This document shows positions 40,628 to 52,118 of a DNA stretch of 64,000 nucleotides, in pieces. Under the pieces are notes generated by a model. It searched no databases. It had not been told where the DNA came from and worked only from the letters and a program-made list of their open reading frames with translations. This DNA comes from Laetmonice hystrix (lineage: Eukaryota): NCBI GenBank assembly GCA_965235115.1, contig OZ249449.1:5642001-5706000 (forward strand), written 5' to 3'. Positions within the stretch are counted from its first letter, which is position 1. Every line of letters begins with the position of its first letter. A program made the translations under genes and the position numbers.

Positions 40628-40771
40628 AAGAATAATACGGCGTCGGGATCCGAACAGGTGGCCATGTTGAAACGTTACATCGCGTTCTACTTCAACCTCC
40701 ATTATCGCCTGAACGCTGGCCAGATGTGTGTGGTACTGATGGACATGTCCGGGGCGGCCACTAGTAATATT
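40628..40771 (+). CDS. Isolated, intact-looking exon encoding part of a CRAL-TRIO (Sec14/MOSPD2-like) domain
   Basis: TGTAG acceptor, 144-nt open frame KNNTASGSEQVAMLKRYIAFYFNLHYRLNAGQMCVVLMDMSGAATSNI, GTATGT donor. The VVLMDMSG...SN motif matches the CRAL-TRIO beta-strand/DxSG motif. No other exons identified in the window. Confidence 0.5.
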
Positions 40772-41726
40772 GTATGTATTCGGTCTCAACACTTTCAAAT
40801 GACATCTTTATAATATTTTTTCTAGGAGAGGGGAAGAAAGAACGATAGAAAGCAAGAAAGAATGGGGGAAGAAAAGAACTGTTACTGCAGGATACACGTA
40901 AAATAAAACCAGATGCCTTCAGAGGTATGTATCGTGGAAGGCGAGATTAACAGTGCCTCCATCTAGCGGTGACATCCGCTCTCCATTCTCCTCGTCTTCG
41001 CCACTTGTCGTCTTGGGGCCTGCCGTTGTGTTCGTTGCTAGGTGACGTTGGTAAGAGGTTTCAGCGTTTGCCTCCAGGTGGCGAACCTGTGCCAACCCTA
41101 ACTGGAGGACCATGTTGTAAAAAGGTCCCTTCCTGTCCTGTAGCAATTCATGAGGATGCCCGTTCTGAACAATATGACCCTTCTCCAGAACCTGCAAATA
41201 TTGTTCCACATTATATGTTAATGTAGGAAGCATGAAAGGTTCTGACTGATTTTGACAATGATTGCTAGGTGGCAACACCAGCAAGTGGCTTAGTGTCATG
41301 CATATTTCTTTTTCAACGTTTGAGTCTCGTTATTATAATGGTTTCTAAATAACAGAAGATCCCTATAGCGGAATGACAGGACTACCAGAAAAACGCATAT
41401 CATATGGTGTTATCTTTCTTGAACGAGGCAACCAGATACTGAAACTCACCATAATTTTGTTATAGGTTATGACTGTAGCCAGACGGTGAGCTATGGTGAG
41501 CACGGTGTTGTCCTTAAACTGTGTACTCAGGGTCCTTTGGATGATGGAGTCAGTGCTGCAAATATCGTGATGCCATGATCAATAAAAGATACACTTCAGT
41601 TCGGGAGTGGTCTCCTTAATTAATATGTATAATGATGCCATATGTGATCAGTTGGTTCTCATTATTAGGGCGGATTATATACAAATTGTTCGGCATTTTA
41701 GCACATCCCATACTCACCACTATTTA

Positions 41727-41933
<207 letters not shown>

Positions 41934-42227
41934 TTAACGCAGACCTATTACAGTAAATGTAGGTCCGTACGGTGGATCCTCCTTGGTGACATGGGTGAAA
42001 AAATAAGTATTATTTCATTTCCTACAAATTAAATGATTTGGAAGGGGAATGGCACATTATATCCTCTTCACGGGAGAAATTGAAGGGTGAAATATGGCCT
42101 CATGCTCCTCAATTTAGGGGGTCTATATATATATACACAATGCGCAAGCCACTCTTATAAATTCAACTGCCATTATAATCATAATATTATGGGGATACTC
42201 CAATACTGCGGCACAGGAATACGTCTA

Positions 42228-42356
<129 letters not shown>

Positions 42357-42650
42357 CTATCAGTTTCTGTGAACAATCCTACGTTGGAGACCATATCGTC
42401 GCCAACCTACAACTCATCTAGATTTTTTTATGATCATGATACCCTATAATGGACGACAGAACTTGTGCAAGGGCCAGCGGTAATATGCCAACTCTTTTCC
42501 GTGCCATCCTCTGTGGACCGGGGACTTTACGTTCTATAGAATTACACGCGTTTTCCCTTTTTCCTCAGGCCTTATCATTTACTTTTTTATAATTAGTTAC
42601 CTTCCATACCTGCTGATCCCTCTTTATGACTGACTATTTGTCAAAAATTA

Positions 42651-42836
<186 letters not shown>

Positions 42837-45800
42837 CTATGATTCAAGTTCGTGAGAAGATACGTTCATTAAAGTATTAATTTCTAAAACTGCATATGAG
42901 GAGGCACGGAATTCTACATCCGGTCCCCTAGATCTTAGATCTGTGATTGGAAACCATACAATCATTTAACATTGAAAGAGCCTTGTCTGCCAAAAACAAC
43001 ATGGATTTTCCTTGAAGGTTGGGCGGGTAATTTCTCGTTCTTCCCGAACTGTGGTAGGCCTATCAGTTCTTACATAAATCAATAGTAGCGCTATACTTTG
43101 TTCAGTCCACGCTACGTGTCACCACAAATGCCCGATTTTTTGTATACCTTTTCGCCAGAGTCGACATGTAATGTTAAAGGACCTAGTGCAGGTCGAGGGC
43201 TGCCCGCATACGTCAGGGCAACGTCAGAGAACGTCACATCTCCCTTTCTCGGCCAGCCGCTAGGTGGCATCACGTCAGTGTGTTCAGGAGCCTCTTGGTC
43301 AAGGTGACAGTACTCGACAATGCGCTCAACTGACGTTAGCTTAAGAAGAGAAGTATGCGAGTTAGGAAAGGAAATATAGGAATGTGGATTTGGATTGTGG
43401 GATTCACAACGCACAGTGTCATGCAGTCAGTCTTTCCTATATTGGTCGCTGAAACTGGTGTATTCAAGTATCGACCTTATCGCGGGTTACTGGCAAATCT
43501 CAAATGAAAGGACATGTGGTCACAAACTGTAGCCCTAGATCAATGAGCCACCGCGTCCACACCAACCCCAAAAAATATCAATAACCTAAAGTGAGATTGG
43601 GCCCACTCACCGCTAGTTGGATGTCTGCGATTCGTTGGATCGCGTACTGAAGCGGCGCGGCGAGGTAGAAAAAATAGGTCAGCGACAGCCCAATAGTTCC
43701 AGCCATAGTCTCTGGAGAAATACACATTATAAATCGTTTATAAAGTGTTAATCTTGTACAAATACCATGAACTCATTTAGCCTGACTAAATACTGCCAGT
43801 GCCCCTGGAACTGTCCCTTCCGTCATAAAGCGGACGTGACTCCATGACCATTCATCACCTACTAATTTGGGATTTCTGTCCTGTTTTACTCTCCAATACG
43901 TTTCCCCCCGTTAGCCCTCTCCCTGAAAGATTACGCTCAGAGGGGATGGTCAGTAATGTGTCAACAGCTCTGCATAACCGTAATTTTTTTCACAACTTAC
44001 AATGCCCATATTCACAGATATTTGATAAAAACTTTTTCACCATAGATTCTGAACATTATTTCTCATTATTTTTGAGTACATGTAATGGACTTGCTATATC
44101 AACAGTTTTACGTTATTGACAATGCAAAGGGTACTGACGGCGGAGTTTGGTGGCTATCATGACGGCTGCATATACGGCACACAAAACAGTGCCGAGCATA
44201 TCGACCATGAAGGCCATGGAGCGTTGTGTGCTGATGTAGAGGAACCAAGCCGACGTGTGACGGTCCATGTGGGTGTTGGACTCCTCCAGGAAGTAGTTCT
44301 GGAGGCCATGTGCCCGGATGACGTGTATACCCTCCAGCATAGCCGAGAGGTGGGAATACGTCGGGCTTCGCACTGGAAGGGTTACCAAAAAAATCACGAT
44401 CCCATTGCTTTCGATAAGAAAAATAAAACTGTCACATTGTGGTTACCCCTTTTCCATTTTTTTCATTCCGTTCCCATCTCAAGCCAGATTGATGAATACA
44501 TCTTAATACTTTAATTCAAGGATCACTATTACACTTTACATTTTTCAAATATCCAATTATTAATTGAAATGGTGACATTTCCAGGAACTTTCAGATAGAA
44601 ATTAGAGTTAGGACATGGCTAGGGATAAGGACAAGTTAGGACATGGCTAGGGATAAGGACAAGTTTAGGAAAGTTTTGTTAGCCGAGGTTACAAATTATG
44701 ATCATGTTTGTGACTGAGAATAGTGACATACTGTTAGTTCCTGCAACCACATTTCATGGAAATTTGACCATGGAGGATCTACCCTTATCCTGAGGACAAC
44801 TTACATCCAGCCTCGATCCTTTTCAGCTTCCACAGACATATAAGTGAGATATACCCTGTAGTTCCAGCTAGTATGATAAACAGAACCACTGCTATTGTCA
44901 TCCATGGGTATACAACACACCCGTACAAAGCATTTTATTGAATTGTAATTCATAGTTTTTGAAAAATTAAAGTTTAAAGTTTGGGGCGTTTTTTTTATTC
45001 ACCCGATATTATACCATTTCGTCAGCATTAAAAAAACAAAGACAACTATTGTTTGGATATGATTGACACAAATAGTTGACAATCTGGACACATACCTCCA
45101 CAATAAAAAATAAGCAGTAGGGAATCCGATGATCCATAAATCCCGTGTCCCGGGAGAAACGGTTCAGAATCTGTCCTGTAAAAACATGGATTATGGCGAG
45201 CCATAACATACAGATGAGCGTTTAGAAAGGTTCCTTACTCAAATAGTTGACATCATATCACTACCATCTGGGGTATATTGTTTGGCAATTATTGAAGGTC
45301 AATTTGACACCTACCAACGTGACAAACGGGGGTTTACCCAAGTAATTAGTATTGAAGATCAATGTATGAAGGGGCTTACTGAGGTAGCTGTTTATGAAGG
45401 TCAAAGTGGGAGAGACCTACCCGAGTGACCATTTTTGAAGGTCAATGTAAGACAGGACCTACCCACAGGTTTACGTTCAAAGAAGGTCATGGGTGCCCTA
45501 AGGACGCGATCAAACATCCCAGTGTAGAGTCGTCTACTCGCCGTGACGAGTAAGAACGCCATCAGAATGCTCTGACACAATAAAACGGCCACATACAGCC
45601 AAACCATTACACTTATCGTCTGTAAGGACGCCGCCAGGGGGCGGTTCAGGGACGTCGCGTTCTGACCAGGAGACGGTCCATCTGTCCTCCTGTCAACGGT
45701 TGTGGTATGCATATTAAAGTCAAGGTAAAGTGGAAAGGAATGCTGAAATCTTAAAGCACAGTTGTGTGATTCTTGGAGTCTTTACCTATAGGCTGATGTC

Positions 45801-46114
45801 ACTATATCAATAGGCCTACTTTATGTCAGGTACATGACAATACTTTCTGTACATTATCTTGGTCAACCTTCCATTTAAAAACACGGAATAAACGATTCCA
45901 TGTGTGCCAGATTAAATGAATGAATCAATAAATTAATAAATGAATAAAAGAATGAATATGAAGAGGGGTACTTGTTGGAAGCCTCACCAATTCGACAACA
46001 TCCAGTCACTATAAACGTCCAGGCCCTGACATATAAAGATTGCAATCATGGTTGTAATAAATCGTATACAAAAGCGATTGCACTAGTCTGTGCACGAATT
46101 CTTACGAAGAGTAA

Positions 46115-46160
46115 AGGCCCAGATACACAGACCGATTTACGGCCGATTGTATCTGGGCCT
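46115..46160. mobile_element. 46-bp Harbinger/PIF-like mini-element
   Basis: 12-bp perfect TIR AGGCCCAGATAC / GTATCTGGGCCT with TAA duplicated on both sides. The empty site GAAGAGTAATGGC is present in copy B (~22110-22125). Confidence 0.8.
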
Positions 46161-46590
46161 TAATGCCATTCTATAACGGGTTACAGTAGACTGCGCATTA
46201 AATGATAATGATTATTGAAATCATGATTTCTTGCCCAAACTTCTGCTGAATCATTCGATGGGTATCTGCTGTGAGTAAGTGAAGGAAACGTTCATAGTTA
46301 ATTATGTAATATTGTAATTACTATCAACAGGAGAGTAAGACATATTTACCATTTTCCCACAGACAAGGATCAGTATAATGGGCACAATCACCAAACCGTA
46401 TCCTGCCTCAATATACCGGAAGTAGACACTAAACGAAACATTTCCGGTATGTTGCGTCTTGATCGTGGCTTCCTTTTGTGTGTCACACTTTCAACCGAAA
46501 TCATTAAAATTAGTAACTTTTAGAGAACATTATTATATATCTATCTGCATTATAAATTTAGAATTTAATTCCACAAGAAGAGAAGAGTAA

Positions 46591-46772
46591 AGGCCCATGT
46601 CCACATAGGCGATTGTCCTTGTGACGTCCATGCGATTTTGACATCACCCTTTTACGTTAGGCCTACTGTGATTTTGAGAAAGATTTTTTTAACGAAATTA
46701 TAGAGAAATTCTACCATTAGATCAATATCGTATGGTCGACGCAAGGACAATCGCCTTAGTGGACATGGACCT
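46591..46772. mobile_element. 182-bp Harbinger/PIF-like MITE
   Basis: ~30-bp TIR AGGCCCATGTCCACATAGGCGATTGTCCTTG / CAAGGACAATCGCCTTAGTGGACATGGACCT, flanks TAA / TAT. Absent from copies A and B. Confidence 0.75.
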
Positions 46773-47421
46773 TATTGCCTAAGATGTTAGGCTTGCAAAT
46801 GAATAAAGAACTTGATGACACTATGAACAAAAGTGATAAAAATGAACGAATAATTTCTGTTTTAAGGATCATCGTAAAAAAATCCCCCCCCCCCAACTCA
46901 CGGAATGCTGGTAATTCTGTTGTAATCCGATGTTATCCAGACCGTCGTTCAGTGTCACGGGACAGTTAATTGTACTGTAGGGTTCCTTGACATCAGGGTG
47001 CCCAAAATTCATCTCAGATGTGTTTTGTATTTGAGGGCGGTCTATATCCGGGTCAGAGGTCATATATCCGGTCCCTGGGTCGTCTTCATAATCCTGGAGA
47101 TGTATATGGGGTGCCACTGAGGCAAAACTCCCCACTGCTACAACGGCACCCTTAAATATATTTACAGTCAATTGTTAGTGTGTCTATTCTTCCTGTCGTA
47201 GTAACCGGGTAAATAATTTAATGTATAAACTCCTGACATTTTCACTCACCTCATCCATGACGATAACCTTATCGACGTACTTCAGGTACTGAAGTTGGTG
47301 GGTGACCAGGATCCTTATCTTGGATTTCAGCATCCCACAGATACACCTGGGGGTCATTTGGTGCATGAGAATGGTAACATTATATTGGAGTGGGCATACT
47401 TTCTTATACTGGGCCAATTAC

Positions 47422-47714
47422 CAATCTAATTAAAATTAGATCTTGGTATTCCGCGTCTCTCTCGGCTGTGTCAGTGCTGCTGCGCTCCATACCTAGATCT
47501 AAGGACATCCCATTAGGGGTCACCTCAGGTTGACCTCTGGATTCAGCCAATCAGCGAGTCGCCTACGAAATCTTCGGTGTGCGCTCGTAGGCATTTTGAA
47601 CGGCACACTTGAATCTGGGTCAAAGGGCAGCCTGAGGTGACCCCATACGGGATGCCGTTAGATCCTAGTATGGAGCGCATGCGAAATAACTAAGACCTAA
47701 TTTTAATTAGATTG
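47422..47714. mobile_element. 293-bp foldback MITE with 10-bp target-site duplication (Mutator/foldback-like)
   Basis: TIR CAATCTAATTAAAATTAGATCTT / AAGACCTAATTTTAATTAGATTG (22 of 23 match) and long internal inverted arms. GGCCAATTAC is duplicated at 47412-47421 and 47715-47724 and is single-copy in A and B. Confidence 0.85.
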
Positions 47715-49600
47715 GGCCAATTACTTACCGATGGAATATGACATTTCCGACTTTACTGTCAACGGCACTGAGAGGGTCGTCTAAGAGGAAGATGTTGGCA
47801 TCATGGTACACAGCCCTGAGGAAAAGAGAAGATTATATTTATATGGTGTTATACTCTTGATCTGTCCCACATAATTTAATTACAAAAAGATAAAACTACA
47901 CCAAATCTCCAACGTGGACGTGGAGTATCAGATTCTAATGCTTCAGGAATTGGGGGATTTGATAGCGCTGGATATTGTGCGGTATTTTGAGAACAGCGAT
48001 CTTCGAGTTGAGAAACAGATCATGACTGGGGGTGTCAACTCCCATCTCGGCCTCAGCCGGATTCGCGTCAACAACCGCGGACCTAATCAATTTTCTTTAA
48101 TACTAAGTACCTTGCTAGGTTGATCCTAGCCTTCTGACCTCCACTCAAGGAGAGTCCTCGCTCTCCTACCGGTGTGAGGTCACCTTGGGGAAATTCATGC
48201 AGGTCCTGGACAACAGACACAGAGGAAAGACATCAGTGAAGAGGGCCATTGCTGCATGGTCACGTACCCACGAAATTTGGGGGAAGGGTTTGAAGTCGGA
48301 GACTAGATAGAGAAAGGGATACCCCTTTTTGGGGACGAGGTCTGTGGACCGGGAGGAAGGGATGAGGGAGGGTAATATACTTTTAGTTCTTATCCCTTTG
48401 GTGGATTACCCTAATTACCAGTTTGAGATAAGATAAGGTTTTATATTTTTTAGGGAGTATCTTCGAGCATTGTACGTATTTCAGTATGGCCTTGGTGATG
48501 TATGTTATTATGCAAATAAATAAGGTGAGGTCAAATATGGAATTCACCACATTCAGAGCGCATGCGCTGATGACTGCCTTGTACGTGTCAGCGTCCATGT
48601 TTTTCCCCATGAGTATGTTAGACCTGATGGTATCTGAGAGTATCCACGACTCCTGAGGAACATACGCCACCGACCCGTTAACATGGAGCTCTCCACCTGT
48701 GAGGTCCAACTCGTTCAGGATGGCCAGGAGTAATGAGCTCTGAGAGACAAACCGTTGAAAGGATGAACACTTATTGTTTCAACCAATCACGCGCGGCTAG
48801 GTAATCAGGGCCGCCTGCATGTGATTGGCTTCATTCATTGTAATAAATATACTTTTCATGTAAAGGTAATCAATCACCCTAGGGCCGCCGAGTTTTGTCG
48901 AAGCGGTGTCCCCATCTCCTACGAATCCGCGTATTTCAAGCTTACCTGATCTTGAATCTATCCCACTGGACTGATAACACATTCTATCGTAATCATAACA
49001 TTGTTGTGCTAGGTCTGTTCTTGATTATGAGCCATAATGAGGCGATACATCCCATATTTTTCATCTCAATGGACTGAGAACCTAGAACACTGCCGCCCTA
49101 ACCATGCTAACGGTCATGCGGTCGTTACTCAGCAACGGGATTGGGCGCATGCGCTGCCTCGCACTGCTCCGCCCGCCCTCCCCCCCCCCCCCCCCAATCA
49201 AAATAGGGGCATGATTTGATTCGCGTGCTCTCGTCTCTAGCCAAATAGGTGAACGCTTAATTAATTAATTAAAAATATTGTCGATATGGACGCGCCATGG
49301 TACCAGACTGCTAGAAACCCCTTAAAATAAGTGTTTTTACCACACTAGGAGTACTTACCTTACCAGCCCCCACGGGGCCAACCACGGCAATCAGTTCACC
49401 CTGAAATATTATTATGAGCCAAATGTTGAATAGGCCTAGTGCAGTTTACTTAAAGCGCTTGTGCAAAGTTTCCACTGTATAGGCTGGTTTATTTACCTTT
49501 TCCAACGTAAACCATCATCATAATAATATCCTTTAGTAATTGATGTAATCAGCAGCACGTAATTCTCATAATTAATGAAAAAACGAATATTAGCTGCAAC

Positions 49601-50933
49601 ACCTCGTAGTGATTCCTCCCTGTACTGTTTGGCCTCCCTGTACCGTCTGCTTGTATACAAGAGTAGCCAGTAGTATAGGGACGCCTTATGTTTCATGTTT
49701 CCATGCCTTTATTGTCCATGAGGCAGGCCATACGTTTCGTCTATCATCTATACTCCCATCTAACCTGTGTCCCCTACAGACCATCTGTAAGCGTCCGACA
49801 ACGTTGTCAGGTCGTCCCAATGACTGTTTGCCGTCAAGGTTTAGTTAACAACGGCAAATGACGCTGTACGCCTTTTCTATATCAGATATCCCATCGCCAA
49901 GTAACAAACAAACAAAGATGACACAGAGATGCTGCAGGCAGAAAACACCAGGGCGGCGGCGGTGGCGTTGACTGCACTGCCGCCTTCCGGCCAGCGGTGG
50001 AATCACCAAGTACACCTGGCCGGGATGGCGGGTACCTGTGGCTCTGAGGCGAGAGACAGGTTAAAGCAATGATAATCGAAAATTGCTACATTTTTGATAC
50101 GTCAAATTGAAACTACGCCCCCAAAAATTATGATTCTTAGGCCAGATGTATAACTGTCAAACGTATAGGTCTCGTACGTTCGCTACAGTTAAATGGTTGT
50201 GATGTGTACACTTTCCATTTGAGTATCTTCTCCAGATTTTAACATTAGATGCTCCTCGCCTGTACATTTTATTTCCACTACCTCACTGTAGTGTTTGCAT
50301 GGCTGGAAGGCCAGTCGGCAAGATGTAGGGATTTCTCACTCTACTGAATGGCTTCCCACCGGCACTGCTTGGCCCCACAGTGTATACTGTTTGGCCTCAC
50401 TGTAGATCTACTCTTTGGCCTCACTGTAGTGTTCGCTGGGGTGCTAGACCAGCCAGTATACCTCGTAGCGATTCCTCCCTGTACTGTTTGGCCTCCCTGT
50501 ACCGTCTGCTTGTATACAAGAGTAGCCAGTACTATAGGGACGCCTCATGTTTCATGTTTCCATGCCTTTATTGTTTATGAGGCAGGCCATACGTTTCGTC
50601 TATCATCTACTCCCATCTAATCTGTGTTCCCTACAGACCACCTGTAAGCGTCCGACAACGTTGTCAGGTCGTCCCAATGACTGTTTGCCGTCAAGGTTTA
50701 GTTAACAACGGCAAATGACGCTGTACGCCTTTTCTATATCAGATATCCCATCCCCAAGTAACAAACAAACAAAGATGACACAGAGATGCTGCAGGCAGAA
50801 AACACCAGGGCGGCGGCGGTGGCGTTGACTGCACTGCCGCCTTCCGGCCAGCGGTGGAATCACCGCGAACACCTGGCCGGGATGGCGGGCACCTGTGGCT
50901 CTGAGGCGAGAGAAAGGTTAAAGCAATGATAAT
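49601..50933 (+). repeat. Two near-identical ~475-bp direct repeats (49601-50076, 50460-50933)
   Basis: Both run from CCTCGTAG.GATTCCTCCCTGTACTG to GAGGCGAGAGA.AGGTTAAAGCAATGATAAT. The second ends in an (ATG/ATA)n tract. Confidence 0.9.
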
Positions 50934-52118
50934 GATGATAATAATGATAATGATGGCCATCTATTCTAGGACCTAGATAGACTAGGCCAATAGGTTCTGA
51001 GAATATAAAAATTGAAGAGACTCCTCCCCCAATCATGCAGACTTTAGGCGGTCTCTAGGCTATAGCTAGGCAAGCTCGGCCCTACAACTATTAAAGCTAG
51101 GATTGTAGGCCTAAAATAAAAATGGAATCGATTCGTGGTTTAAAGTCAGGGCGATTTTTGACAGCTTGGTTCGTTTTGGCGGAAGACTATGCCATGGAGC
51201 TCTATGTCTGAAAAATCGAATGGCAAGGCCAAGGTTGGCAAGAAAGAGCTGGACGTTTCTCAGAGCTTTAAAATAATCTGTAAAATTTAAGGCTGGAATT
51301 ATAAACATTTGAACATTTTCTGTCTTCTATTGTATTTTGGCCTCTTAAAGGGGTCGTAACTGGCCAGTAGGGGTTCGCCAAAGAGGGTTCATAACCCACA
51401 TGGTAGATCTGAAGCATGATTATCCGGTGTACCATATCCTAATCTTCTTACGGACTACACCTAAGTCATTTCTTTCTTTTTCCTACTTTTCCCTTCCTTA
51501 CCTTGCTTATTTCCTTATATATTTTTATGCGCATTACTTGCTGTATTTATTTGCCTATTAAATTATTTCTTTATAGGCGTTGTTGTATGTTATTTGTTCA
51601 TTTATTGTCAATTCATAGTTTTAGGTGTTCATCTCCTAATGTTCTTACGGGGTCCTGTCTCCAAGGAGACAACGCCTATTGTTTCGTCAAAAATAGGGGC
51701 GCGTTTCAAGAAGAATGGAAAACTTGGACAACGACATCATGTGAACGACTTCCTTGTGGCGAAGACATGGCTACAGTGCTACCTAAATTTATATAGCGAT
51801 GACTTGATTAAAACAATATATCGCAAGGACAGACATCTTTTGATCTGTGTGGCGTTTCCATGTATCAACGTCATTTTAGGCTTATGGTCAAAATAATAAT
51901 ATTGAATTGGACCCCTGTTTGGTCATGTGACTTTTTGGACACGGAGACCGTATCCAAGATACACAAACCCCGCAAGGAGTTCGTAGATGGCGGACAGCCT
52001 TTCGGAATATCTCTGAGTATTCGTTCAGCTAACCCAATCTACATCGACAAGCGCACTTAAAAAGTTCTCTGCTCGGTAAAGCGACTTTCGAAGTACCGCC
52101 ACGGCGAACTTTGTGAAA

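Noticed and set aside
51100-51900. Short ORFs upstream of the pseudokinase (e.g. ...NDFLVAKTWLQCYLNLYSD...)
   Set aside because: May be transposon-protein remnants, but no motif or splice chain could be supported without a search.
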